Positions 49,191 through 59,426 of a stretch of 64,000 nucleotides of DNA are shown piece by piece; positions within the stretch are counted from its first letter, which is position 1, and each line of letters starts with the position of its first letter. The stretch spans positions 145,032 through 209,031 of the forward strand of contig CAVYSY010000011.1 of NCBI GenBank assembly GCA_963771175.1. The letters are read 5' to 3'. The translations under genes were made by a program, and so were the position numbers. The notes below the pieces were generated by a model. The model was not told the DNA's origin. It searched no databases and was given only the letters and a program-made list of their open reading frames with translations. This DNA is from an uncultured delta proteobacterium (GTDB lineage: Bacteria; Myxococcota; Myxococcia; Myxococcales; Myxococcaceae).

Positions 49191-49713
49191 GGGCCACGGC
49201 GCGGGTGGTGCGGAGGAACTCGTCGAGGAAGCCGCGCTCCTCGGTGCGGAGATCCGCCAGACCGAGCCCATAGCCGCGCGGCTGCTTGCCGTCGTTCAGC
49301 GTGTACTCCCAGATGACGGAGCTGCGCAGCTTGATTTGACGCTGCGGCTGCTCGAAGTTGAGCACCAGCTCCACCCGCGTCCCCAGCTTGAGCGGCTTGT
49401 CCGTGGGGATGAAGAGGCCGCCGGACTGCAGGTTGATGATGCGGTGGTCGGTGAAGATGCCCGCGTTGCGTGTGGACACCTTGATGTCGACCTGGAGCCG
49501 GTCGTTGCGCGTCATCTGCAGCCCGACGAACTCCTCGGCCGAGTAGGTGTAGGCGGGCGCCTGCTGCACGGCGGCGCGCCCGTGGGAGGGGGTCGCCGTC
49601 TGGGCCACGGGCGCGGCTCGCGGGGTGAGCTGGGCCTCCACCTCGCGCATGCGGCGCGCGAGCAGCTCGAAGATCTCCGTGTGGGCCTTGCGCAGCTCGG
49701 GGTTGTTGTGGTC
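49174..49713 (-). CDS. PilZ-domain protein, 5' end lost at the chimeric junction
   Basis: RNDRLQVDIKV...INLQSGGLFI...LKLGTRVELVL...VIW...GYGL; frame stays open (DHNNPELRKAHTEIF) up to the GC shift. Confidence 0.8.
   Translation of the reverse strand, partial: DHNNPELRKAHTEIFELLARRMREVEAQLTPRAAPVAQTATPSHGRAAVQQAPAYTYSAEEFVGLQMTRNDRLQVDIKVSTRNAGIFTDHRIINLQSGGLFIPTDKPLKLGTRVELVLNFEQPQRQIKLRSSVIWEYTLNDGKQPRGYGLGLADLRTEERGFLDEFLRTTRAVAPTTAR
49706..49713. other. Junction between high-GC myxobacterial and low-GC clostridial sequence
   Basis: Abrupt composition switch; genes on both sides are truncated; no mobile-element ends visible. Confidence 0.95.
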
Positions 49714-50377
49714 TATTATTAGGATTAATTATTTGTGCCATTATATTTCCACCAAAGGCTGGTCTTATTTGAATTAAATCTGTATTTTCTTTCATACCAA
49801 GGATAGTACAATCTGCTGTTAATCCTGTTCTAAATCTAGCTGCAATTCTAGGAGCTAAGGATCTTCCAATTGTTGTTGCACCAACTAATATAGTTGAAGG
49901 CTTATTGTTATTTATAAAATCTTCAAAGGCCTTTGTATAAGGTTCTATCCTAAAATATTTAAACTCTTTATCATCATATACAAACACTTCATCAACTCCA
50001 TAATGAAGTAATTCTTCTGCTTTCTCTTTTATGTTTTCTCCAATAAATACTGCATAAACTGGATGATTTATTTTACTTGCAAGCTCTTTTGCTTTTCCAA
50101 TTAGCTCATATGTAACTGGATGTATATCTCCATCTACATGGTCAACATATACTGCTATTCCTCTCCAAAGACTTTTATCTATTAATACTTTCTTGTCTTC
50201 TACAAATTCAACAACTCCAGCTGGTCCTTTCTTAACGCATAATCTACACATTTTACATCCAGCTGAAATTTCAAGCTTATTTTCTTTTCTTTCCATTGCA
50301 CCAAATGGACATATTTTAACTAATTCTTCTATAACTTCATCATTTAATTTATTTTCATTAATAACTAACTTTCCCAT
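49706..50377 (-). CDS. etfA: Electron transfer flavoprotein alpha subunit with N-terminal ferredoxin-like domain, 3'-truncated at the junction
   Basis: CPFGA...CKMCRLC; ELIGKA, GATTIGRSLAPRIAARFRTGLTADCT, RPAFGGNIMAQI...NRPQ; AGGAGG RBS. Confidence 0.93.
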
Positions 50378-50412
50378 TATAGTTCCTCCTAACACTAAAT
50401 CTTTCTACTTTT

Positions 50413-51201
50413 TTAAACAAATTTCATCTCTTTTAACTTATTAAATAATTTGCCTGAAAGCTCATCGCTATTTCCATTCCATATTTCTTTATCTGAATTT
50501 ACAGATGGTGGAAATATCCTTTCTACTTGAGTTGGTGAACCATTTAATCCATACATATTTTCATTTTTATCTTCAAAATCACTTAATCCATATACTTTTA
50601 TTTCTCTGTCTTTTGTTTCTATTTTCTTTTTGTAAGAAGGAAGTCTAGGTTCAAAAATATCTTTTTCTACTGTTAGTAAACAAGGATATTTTACATCTAC
50701 AACTTCTAAAGTATTTGGCATGTCCATTTCTACCACTATTGATTTTTCTTTTACTTCTATGATTTTTCTAACATTAGCTATATGTGGTATTTTTAGATAC
50801 TCAGCCATTTCTGGGCCAACTTGTGCTGTATCTCCATCTGTAGTTTGTTTACCACATAAGATTAAATCAAATTCTCCAGCCTTTTTAATTCCTTGAGATA
50901 TAGTATATGATGTTGCTAAAACATCAGCTCCTGCAAACTTTCTATCTGAAAGCAATACCCCTTCATCAGCTCCCATCATATAGGCTTCCTTAATAACTGC
51001 CTCAGCTTGATTTGGTCCCATGCTAATAACTGTGACCTTTCCTCCTTTTTCTTCTTTTATCCTTAAAGCTGTTTCTAAGGCATATAAATCATAAGGATTC
51101 ATCTTTGAATCCACACCATCTCTTTTAAGCACTCCTGTTTTTTCATCTACTTCAACTTTGTTTGTTCCTGGAACTTGCTTAATACAAACTAATATTTCCA
51201 T
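50413..51201 (-). CDS. etfB: Electron transfer flavoprotein beta subunit
   Basis: [51 protein letters not shown]. Confidence 0.97.
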   Translation of the reverse strand: MEILVCIKQVPGTNKVEVDEKTGVLKRDGVDSKMNPYDLYALETALRIKEEKGGKVTVISMGPNQAEAVIKEAYMMGADEGVLLSDRKFAGADVLATSYTISQGIKKAGEFDLILCGKQTTDGDTAQVGPEMAEYLKIPHIANVRKIIEVKEKSIVVEMDMPNTLEVVDVKYPCLLTVEKDIFEPRLPSYKKKIETKDREIKVYGLSDFEDKNENMYGLNGSPTQVERIFPPSVNSDKEIWNGNSDELSGKLFNKLKEMKFV

Positions 51202-51234
51202 TTAATAGTACCTCCCATATTTTATTTACTGGTC

Positions 51235-51251
51235 TAGTGGTCTGACCACTA
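51235..51251. promoter_or_regulatory. GntR/FadR-type operator palindrome upstream of etfB
   Basis: TAGTGGTC-T-GACCACTA, a perfect 8-bp inverted repeat with an extra TGGTC half-site at 51230-51234; lies just downstream of a minus-strand TATGAT at 51262-51267. Confidence 0.8.
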
Positions 51252-51421
51252 TATTTAAAATATCATACTTTCCTAAATATTTCTATAACTACCTTTGATT
51301 TCACATACTTTTTTGTAAAAATTATATATTCCACTTATTTAAATATTAATTTAATAATTTTTCTCCATTATTTTGTAATTATTGAAAATAGTATGGACAT
51401 TTGATAATTGTACAAAAAATA

Positions 51422-51458
51422 AAAGAAAGTATGCCAGCTTAACTAACATACTTTCTTT
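51422..51458 (-). terminator. Intrinsic terminator of the GntR gene
   Basis: AAAGAAAGTATG...CATACTTTCTTT stem followed by a T-run on the minus strand. Confidence 0.75.
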
Positions 51459-51461
51459 ACA

Positions 51462-52157
51462 CTATTTTTTTATATTATATTCATAAATCAAATCTAAATG
51501 CTCACTCATGGCTTTTGAAGCTGCCTTACTATCATGATTCTTTAAACCTTCAAGTATAGTTTTATGCTGTTCCGTCAATATACTTCTATTTTCTTCTATC
51601 ATTAAAATTTTACCTCTAGCTTCACTGATAAAAGAATCCATCAAGGAAGAAACTGCATTTAGCATATTAAGTATTAAAATATTTTTTGAAGCTTTTGCTA
51701 TGTTATAGTGAAACTTCTTATCATATTTAACCTTTTCCTCTTCAGCATCTACTTCATTTAATTTGTTTAGACACTCTTTAAGCTCTTCTATTTCTTCATC
51801 TGTGATTTTTTTTGCAGCTAATGCAGCTGTTTCAACCTCTATAACTCTTCTTAATTCTAAGATTTGTTCTTTATCACTTCCATTTAGCATGAAAATAAGC
51901 AAAAATGGATCTATTAAACTCTCTTCAAAATTTTCTCTTATAAAGTTACCTTCACCATGTCTTGATTCAACAAAGCCTATCATTTGAAGTGCACTTAAAG
52001 CTTCTCTTATAGCTGATCTACTTACTCCAAGCTGATTAACAAGTTCCCTTTCAGAAGGTAATTTATCTCCCTTTTTTAATATGCCCTCTGCAATCATAGC
52101 TTTAAATTGATCTATTATCTGTTCATATACTTTTGTACTTTTAACTTGCGTAAACAC
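51462..52157 (-). CDS. GntR/FadR-family transcriptional regulator (LldR/LutR-like)
   Basis: GDKLPSERELVNQLGVSRSAIREAL...GEGNFI; FCD domain DKKFHYNIAKASKN. Confidence 0.95.
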   Translation of the reverse strand: MFTQVKSTKVYEQIIDQFKAMIAEGILKKGDKLPSERELVNQLGVSRSAIREALSALQMIGFVESRHGEGNFIRENFEESLIDPFLLIFMLNGSDKEQILELRRVIEVETAALAAKKITDEEIEELKECLNKLNEVDAEEEKVKYDKKFHYNIAKASKNILILNMLNAVSSLMDSFISEARGKILMIEENRSILTEQHKTILEGLKNHDSKAASKAMSEHLDLIYEYNIKK

Positions 52158-52547
52158 TAAAACTTCTATCTCCTAACTGACCTTTTATTATCTAATTCTC
52201 AAATTAATTGTACTCTATGAAATAAATATTAACAATAACTAATTAGACAAATTTTTCATATAAACTATTATCTAAATTCCATCTCCCTAGTAATTTTCTT
52301 CTTTTCCTTCTAGATAACTTGCTCTACTAATGTATCACTTTTGATTTAAAATGATATATTATATTACTTAATTAGAACTTTTCCATCAGTAATAGAAGTT
52401 ACTACTACAAATGGACAAAATAAAATTATAGATTACTTTGATAAAAACGTTGGTTTAGTTAAAACTAGTTTTTATTCTGATAATACTTCCTTAATATAAG
52501 TTTAGGCAGTATAATGAGGAGCTTAATTAAAATCCTCTTTTACACCC

Positions 52548-53733
52548 TTATTCCTCTTCACTTTCAGTTATTTCCTTTTTTCTTTTAGCAACCATTACAA
52601 ATATAATAAATAAAATTATAAGTATAGAAACAATAATAATATGCAATTTATACGATCCTAAAACCTTAAAACTTATAGTATTTGATAATATTTGATCTCC
52701 CATTTTAATATTATACTCAGCTGTGTACTCACCAACAGTTACATTAGTTGTATCCCACTGACTCTCTATATTTCCTTCATCTCCACAACTTATCTTTATT
52801 TGTTTTTCATCCTTAAAAACTTCTTCTCCTTTGCTATTTTTAATAGTTACATTAAAAATTACTGGAAGAGTTAAATTACCTACATTGTTCACTTTAGCAG
52901 ATGTTTTTACAGTGTCTCCTTGATACGTATCCTTTATATCAACACTTTTTAATTCACCTTTCATTTCTCCTACTACAAAGAGGTCTTTCACCTTCTATTA
53001 CTTCACCATCGGATTTTATAGCTTTATATTTTAAGATATAATCTCCCATATTAACATCTTTCGTATCCCAATTAAATTTCATAGTTTTGTAAAACCCACT
53101 ATTAGGATATGGTTGCATTTTTGAGTTTTCATTGAAATTAGCTACTTCTTTACTATCTTCTTTTGATATAATAGTTACATTTGTATTTAATGTTTGTTCT
53201 TTATCTGTATAATTTCCAAACATTATATGAAATTCAGCTTTAGCAGGTTTATTTACATCTGTAACATTTACACTAGTAACATCAATACCTTCCTTAATGA
53301 ATTCTAATCTCAAAGAATTAGACGTATTAGTATAAACTGAAGTACTATTATTACTAGTTTCATTTTTTTTTGAAAAAGTTATTGATAAATCATAAGGACA
53401 TGGTGTTAATTTATCACTATTATTTATGTTTATTTTAACTTCTTTGCTTTCCCCTTTACCAAGCTCAAAACTTTCAGGCTCAAAACTTATAAAATCTTTA
53501 CCATTTCCCTCTACATTAGCTTTAAATGTGCTTTGTTCGCCATCATTGGTAACAGTAGCTGTAGTACTTATTATATTATTAGACATTCTCCCTAAGTTTA
53601 CCAAAACCGGCTTAACCAAAATATTATTAGATTTATTATCATCAGCTTTTACTGAAATCGGAAAGAGGTAATTAAAAATCATAAAAGATATCAGGAACCC
53701 TATACATAAACTTATTTTTTTAATTTTATTCAT
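52548..53733 (-). CDS. Secreted/surface protein with beta-rich Ig-like domains and C-terminal TM anchor (apparent frameshift near 52985)
   Basis: Signal peptide (..ISVKA-DD); repeated WDT..V..G.Y motif (WDTKDVNMGDY, WDTTNVTVGEY); C-terminal TM followed by KRKK. Confidence 0.7.
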
Positions 53734-54062
53734 TACTTAAACCTTTCATTAATTATTATAAAAGTATTAGATATTAATAATTATGAAATCACAAAAACTT
53801 GTATTACACTTAAATATATATAATGTACTTAAATTAATATATAATATTTAAATTTCAATGCCATGCACGCCCTGTTGCTGCATGTAAAGGCATATCTATA
53901 AGTGTATCTAATTGCATGGTTGAATTCGTCGCGCCCTCATTAAACTCAATATATTTTTCTGTTCCTATATTATATTCTGAAGAAAAAACAACGTATTCAT
54001 CTGTTTTAGTATTTGTAGCAGCGCCCGTAGTTACATTATGACTAGTACTGGAAATGAAAGCA

Positions 54063-55970
54063 ATCGAGTAGGAGCTGAATAATTATTTTATTCAGCGACC
54101 TCTCACACCACCGTACGTACGGTTCCGTATACGGCGGTTCCTCAGTTTATGCTCTTACAGTTTTGTAATAATCCAAAAGAAATGTATAACCTGCATCTCT
54201 TAACCTCTTATCGGTTATAGTGCAGTTTAGTATTTGGCTATTGGCTATGCGCCAGTAGCCTTTTCTAGTACATGAATACTTTCTAGCATTATTGTGGTTT
54301 AATCCAAGTTTTCTAAGCATTTTATATCTTGTTTTTACTTTCTTCCATCTCTTCCAAATGTACATTCTTATTCTTCGTCTTAACCATTGGTCAGTAACTG
54401 TTAAGTATATTTTTCATATCTGCTAGTTTAAAATAATTTATCCATCCTGTTACGTATTCTTTTAATTTCTTTTTAAGATTTTCGTAACCTAGAGCATTAT
54501 TTCTAGCAGTTATTTCTTTAATTCTATTTTTCATTTTTGCTATACTTTTTGAATGTACTCTGGCTTTAATTCCTGCTTTACTAGGATAGAATCCATATCC
54601 AAGAAATTTTATCTTTCCAATATATGATACACTTGTTTTCTCTCTATTAACTTTGAGTTTTAACTTGTTCTCAATATATGGGACAATATTTGTTAGAATC
54701 CTTTCTGCACTTCTTTTGCATTTTGCAAATAGAAGCATATCATCAGCATACCTTACAAATCTTATTCCTCGCTTTTCAAGTTCCTTATCTAGTTCATTAA
54801 GCATTATATTACTGCATAATGGACTGATATTTCCTCCTTGTGCTAATCCAATGTCTGTTTCTTCAAACCTTTTATCTACAACTACACCTGCTTTAAGATA
54901 TTTGTTAATTAGTGATACAACTCTTCCATCTTTGACTGTTCTTGAGATTATTTCAATCATCTTAGATTGGTTTACCACATCAAAGAATTTCTCAAGGTCC
55001 ATATCTACGACATAGGTATAGCCCTCATTCGCATATTCCTTACTTTTCTTAATAGCATCATGTGCACTTCTTTTTGGTCTGAATCCATAGCTAGTTTCAC
55101 TAAACTGTGGTTCAAACATTGGTGATAATATTTGCATTGTGCTTGTTGGATTACTCTATCAACTGCTGTTGGTATTCCTAGTTTTCTCATTTTTCCGTTG
55201 TCTTTTGGTATTTCTACCCTTCGGACTGGATTTGGGCGTATATTTCCCTCCCTTATAATTGCCCTTAAGCTCATTCCCATTGTCTTTGAGATATTGTAGA
55301 AGTTCTCTACTTTCATCCCATCAACTCCGTGTGCTCCTTTATTTTTCTTAACTTGCTTATATGCTTTATTAAGATTTTCTGCACTTAGAATTTGCTCAAG
55401 AATCCTATTCTCTTCTACTGTCGGCATTGGTGATGTTGTTTTCAGTTATCCTCTTTTCAGTAAACGCTCCGCATACTCTTCATGTTCCGCATTATCTCTT
55501 TGGCGGTAGCCATTGCTCTTGCAATGTATTCTGCTTTTATTTATCCCATTTCGGTAACTTTCATTTACTTTCACCTCCTAAGGTTCAACCCTTCCATGAC
55601 ATCGTCGACTATGTCTAGTACTATGGCATCTGCTGACTTCTCATGATAAATCTTGTTTCAACCATGATTTCACAAATTCGTTCCATATGTCCATGAGACC
55701 TCCCCAGGTAAGAACGCAGTCTTTCCTTCCATCTATCTGCCACATTTACACCGTAGACTTCCGGATAGTTTTGGGCTTTAGTTTGTTATGCAACCTTACC
55801 CAGTCTACATATGCCTGATGTGATTTCTGTTCGTCAGACCAGAAGTTTGCCTCCGGCTTCCTTCAGATTCCACCTCACCGATGGACACCCTTGCCTTAGG
55901 CTATGCGTTTGGCACTATCAACCCATGCTCGGGACTTTCACCCGTTAGACTGCGCCCATGCTGGGCGCAC
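54063..55970 (-). mobile_element. Group IIC intron
   Basis: 5' GTGCGCCCAGCATGGGCG at 55970; domain V GAACCGCCGTATACGGAACCGTACGTACGGTGGTGTGAGAGG; domain VI ending CTACTCGAT at 54063; RT ORF inside; inserted just after a terminator hairpin. Confidence 0.95.
54147..55564 (-). CDS. ltrA: Group II intron reverse transcriptase/maturase, no endonuclease domain (several apparent frameshifts)
   Basis: AGGAGGTG RBS then MKVTE at 55564; GAHGVDG, RRVEIPK...RKLGIPTAVDRVIQQA, SYGFRP, QGGNISPL, RYADD, FLG, GWINYF. Confidence 0.92.
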
Positions 55971-55973
55971 ATT

Positions 55974-56018
55974 AAAAAGATAACGAGTCAAGGTATAACT
56001 TGACAACATTATCTTTTT
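55974..56018. terminator. Intrinsic terminator hairpin forming the intron's 5' target site
   Basis: AAAAAGATAA-cga-GTCAAG-gtataa-CTTGAC-aaca-TTATCTTTTT, ending 3 nt before the intron GTGCG on the minus strand. Confidence 0.8.
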
Positions 56019-56292
56019 TTGCAGTTAGTTTTATAAATAAAAAGTGTTTAAGTCATAAATTATCTTTAAACACCTTCGTTCTTATTAATAAAAAGTATAA
56101 TTGATTTTACCTATTTTAGCAATTTAAAAAAGCCTCATATATTCTTAAAAATAGTTATCAAATTCATTTATTGACAATATGCTAAACTTTTCATATGAAT
56201 TCATAATAATGAATATATCACTTACTAAATAGACACAAGGACTTAAAGCACTATTTTTATTTCATATAATTATTACTTATTTATTAAATTCG

Positions 56293-56321
56293 TTTACAAA
56301 TGTCATATTTATCATTAAAAT
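56293..56321 (+). promoter_or_regulatory. Possible sigma-A promoter of the GH5 gene
   Basis: TTTACA-17 nt-TAAAAT; the AT-rich background makes a chance match possible. Confidence 0.35.
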
Positions 56322-56411
56322 GTAGATTAATCTTATTAAATAATATTTAAAGAAAACTTTATATACTTATAAAGGAGGACAAAATTTTAAAAAACATAGG
56401 GGGACAAGATA

Positions 56412-58034
56412 ATGATTAAAAGAAAAAAAATATTGATTTTAGCACTAACCTTTTCTGCAATAACTTTATTTAGAGGTATTAATACTTCAGCTTCAACTGC
56501 TTATACAGGAATGCGTAATATTACTGCACAACAACTTGTTGATGACATGAAAATTGGTTGGAATTTAGGAAATACACTTGACGCTGATGGTCGTGCAGGC
56601 TCAGATGCTTTATCCTCTGAATGGAGCTGGGGTAACCCTAAAACAACACATGCCATGATTGATAAAATAAAAGCAGCAGGTTTTAACACTATACGAATTC
56701 CAACAACATGGTATGATCATATGGGCTCTTATCCTAATTATACTATTGATCCTAACTGGCTTATACGGGTAGAAGAAGTTATGAATTACGCTTTTGATAA
56801 TGACATGTATGTTATACTTAATCTTCATCATGAAAATTCTTGGATAGTACCAACTTATGCGAAGCAAACTGAAACAACAAACCAACTTACAAAGGTTTGG
56901 ACTCAAATTGCAAGTAGATTTAATAAATATGGTGACCATTTAATTTTCGAAACAATGAATGAGCCAAGACCAGTTGGCGCAGCAAATGAATGGACTGGTG
57001 GATCTTCTGAAAATCGTGATGTAGTTAATAAATATAATCTAGCTGCTGTAAATACTATTAGAAATACTGGTGGAAATAACAAAACTAGATGTATTATGGT
57101 TCCAACAGTTGCTGCTTCTGCATCTTCTGTTACAATAAACGACTTAATCATCCCAAATAATGACAATAGAGTTATTGTCTCTCTACACATGTACTCACCA
57201 TATTCATTTGCTATGGATCAATACGGTACATCATCCTGGGGAAGCGCTGCTGACAAAATTTCTTTAGATGCAGAGCTAGAAGCAGTATCCAATAAATTTG
57301 TAAAAAATGGTCATCCTGTTGTTGTTGGTGAATTTGGTACAATTAACAAAAGCAATCAATCAGCCAGATCAACACATGCAGAATACTTTGTTAAAGCAGC
57401 TAGATCAAGACATATAACTCCTGTATGGTGGGATAATGGGATTTCTACTGCTAATCAAGCAGAAAGTTATGGTATATTAAATAGAAATAAACTAACTTTC
57501 AACTGCCCAGAAGTAGTTCAAGCTCTTATTAAAGGCGCTAATGCTACAAGTAATAATACTAATACAAACATAAAAAGTACAGTACTTTATAACTTTGATT
57601 CTAACGTTGATGGGTGGTTTGGAAATAACCTAGCTAGAGGACCATGGTCAGTAAATGAATGGAAATATAATGGTAGAAATTCTCTAAAGGCTGATATTAA
57701 TTTATCTAATGGTAAACAGTATTACTTATCACGCTATGTAAATCAAAACTTAAGTGGCAAGTCTCAAATTAAAGCTGTAGTACGACATTCAACTTGGGGA
57801 AATCAGGGAAGTGGAATGGGAGCTAAACTTTATGTTAAAACAGGTAGTACTTATCGATGGTTTGATGGTACATGGGCTAATATAAATTCTAATTTAGCTG
57901 GTACAGAACTTACTTTTAATTTATCTAGTGTTTCAAACCTTAATGATGTGAAGGAAATTGGAATTCAGTTTACTGCTGGAGCCAACTCGTCGGGTAGCGC
58001 TTCTATTTATGCAGACTATATAACTATTCAATAA
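56412..58034 (+). CDS. Secreted GH5 endoglucanase (GH5_4-like) with C-terminal carbohydrate-binding module
   Basis: [28 protein letters not shown], acid/base FETMNEPR, nucleophile VVGEFG, WWDNG; N/T-rich linker; C-terminal beta domain LYNFD...GPWSVNEW...KLYVKTGS. Confidence 0.93.
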   Translation: MIKRKKILILALTFSAITLFRGINTSASTAYTGMRNITAQQLVDDMKIGWNLGNTLDADGRAGSDALSSEWSWGNPKTTHAMIDKIKAAGFNTIRIPTTWYDHMGSYPNYTIDPNWLIRVEEVMNYAFDNDMYVILNLHHENSWIVPTYAKQTETTNQLTKVWTQIASRFNKYGDHLIFETMNEPRPVGAANEWTGGSSENRDVVNKYNLAAVNTIRNTGGNNKTRCIMVPTVAASASSVTINDLIIPNNDNRVIVSLHMYSPYSFAMDQYGTSSWGSAADKISLDAELEAVSNKFVKNGHPVVVGEFGTINKSNQSARSTHAEYFVKAARSRHITPVWWDNGISTANQAESYGILNRNKLTFNCPEVVQALIKGANATSNNTNTNIKSTVLYNFDSNVDGWFGNNLARGPWSVNEWKYNGRNSLKADINLSNGKQYYLSRYVNQNLSGKSQIKAVVRHSTWGNQGSGMGAKLYVKTGSTYRWFDGTWANINSNLAGTELTFNLSSVSNLNDVKEIGIQFTAGANSSGSASIYADYITIQ

Positions 58035-58050
58035 TTTTTTAAAGTTACTG

Positions 58051-58091
58051 AAAAAGACAATGGTGTTCATATTTATACACATTGTCTTTTT
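58051..58091. terminator. Bidirectional intrinsic terminator
   Basis: AAAAAGACAAT-g-GTGT...ACAC-ATTGTCTTTTT between convergent genes. Confidence 0.8.
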
Positions 58092-58109
58092 CTCCTCTAT
58101 TTATTACAC

Positions 58110-58862
58110 TTATTTAATTGGAGCTTTGTAAAACTTGACATTATTATCATCATACTGTAAATAATATTTTCCATCCTTAAATCCAATAACATCATATTTT
58201 CCCCAAATATCATCCCTAGAATAGCTTTTCCTATGAGCTTCCAATGGATCAGTATATCCACCATTTTCTCTGTTTAATCCAAATACTTGCCATGGCAATA
58301 GAAGTGTACCAGTTGCACTTAAATATGGAATTATATCAGCATTATCTCCTAGTCTTTTTACGGTACCTTCTCGTCCAAAAGGATTTATAAGTGGCGACCC
58401 AAGAGTAACTACATTTAAAACATTATAATTATCTTTAATTTTTGAATTACCTGATAGTTGCTGGGCAATCATTCCACCAAGACTGTAGCCAGAAATTATG
58501 AGATTTGAGTTTTTAGGAATATTATCTACTATAGCATTTACAACAGCCACCAAATATGGGCTATCTAATTCAAAACCAGATTTTATATCTGTCCATATAT
58601 CTGTAGCTTGATTCTTAATGAATTCCGTGCCAGACAAGGCTATTAGATATGCAGGCACACTGCTTGTCCCATCTCTAACTAAAGTTACAGGTACAATTTG
58701 AATAGGACCTAAAGTTCCATTGTTATGACCTTTAGCAATAAAATTTCTGAGATTTGGAATACTAGTCATTTTTACTGATGCTCCATATGCATTATAAGGA
58801 ATAAGTAAAATAACCATTGATAATAACATAGTAATAATAGCAATTGATTTTCTATTTTTCAT
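58110..58862 (-). CDS. Secreted lipase-like alpha/beta hydrolase
   Basis: Signal peptide; nucleophile elbow GYSLGG; VVTLGSP; DIIP (Asp); EAHRKSY (His). Confidence 0.8.
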   Translation of the reverse strand: MKNRKSIAIITMLLSMVILLIPYNAYGASVKMTSIPNLRNFIAKGHNNGTLGPIQIVPVTLVRDGTSSVPAYLIALSGTEFIKNQATDIWTDIKSGFELDSPYLVAVVNAIVDNIPKNSNLIISGYSLGGMIAQQLSGNSKIKDNYNVLNVVTLGSPLINPFGREGTVKRLGDNADIIPYLSATGTLLLPWQVFGLNRENGGYTDPLEAHRKSYSRDDIWGKYDVIGFKDGKYYLQYDDNNVKFYKAPIK

Positions 58863-59039
58863 AATTTAAACGTCCTCCCTCATTCACTAATATTCAAAAA
58901 TATTCATAATAAATTCACATTATTATTTTACCATACAATTCCATAATAATATATTTTTATTTTCCTATCTCTTTAAGACTATCGTATGTTTTTGTTTTAT
59001 CTTACCAATATATTTGTTGAAATTTTTAACAATATCCTA

Positions 59040-59067
59040 TTGACAGATCATATTTAAGTAGTATAAT
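59040..59067 (+). promoter_or_regulatory. Sigma-A promoter of the tyrS leader
   Basis: TTGACA (59040-59045), 16-nt spacer, TATAAT (59062-59067). Confidence 0.8.
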
Positions 59068-59082
59068 GAATTATAAATTGTT

Positions 59083-59365
59083 AAAGCGTTGAAGAGAAAG
59101 AGTAGAATTAATGTAGTTTTACAGAGAAATCCCGGTTGGTGAAAGGGATAAAACAATTTAATTTGAATACATCTCTGAGCAGCACTCCGAAAGATAACCA
59201 CTAGTAGGCAGATGCCGGATTTGCACCCGTTAGAAATGCAAAGGTATAAGCAATTAGTTTTATTGTCGTACCTTTAGAGGTTACTATTGTAAAATAGTAA
59301 TAAAATTAGGTGGTATCACGTGAGCAATACTCTCGTCCTTTTATATGGACGGGAGTTTTTTTATT
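59083..59365 (+). ncRNA. T-box riboswitch (tyrosine-specific)
   Basis: Stem I with AGTA, AGAGA and GGTGAAA elements; specifier GAA-TAC (59168-59170); T-box AATTAGGTGGTATCACG; terminator CTCTCGTCC...GGACGGGAG-TTTTTTT. Confidence 0.93.
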
Positions 59366-59426
59366 TTAAAAACAAAACGGCGCCGTTTTTAATATAATAC
59401 CAAATAGTTGAATGGAGGATAATTAA

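Noticed and set aside
49148..50395. 415-aa ORF appearing to fuse EtfA to a novel C-terminal domain
   Set aside because: It reads through the chimeric junction into a non-coding frame of the PilZ gene; an artefact.
54147..55564. Reverse transcriptase as a retron, DGR or defence RT
   Set aside because: It is flanked by canonical group II intron 5' end and domains V/VI, has a YADD motif and maturase region, and sits after a terminator as IIC introns do.
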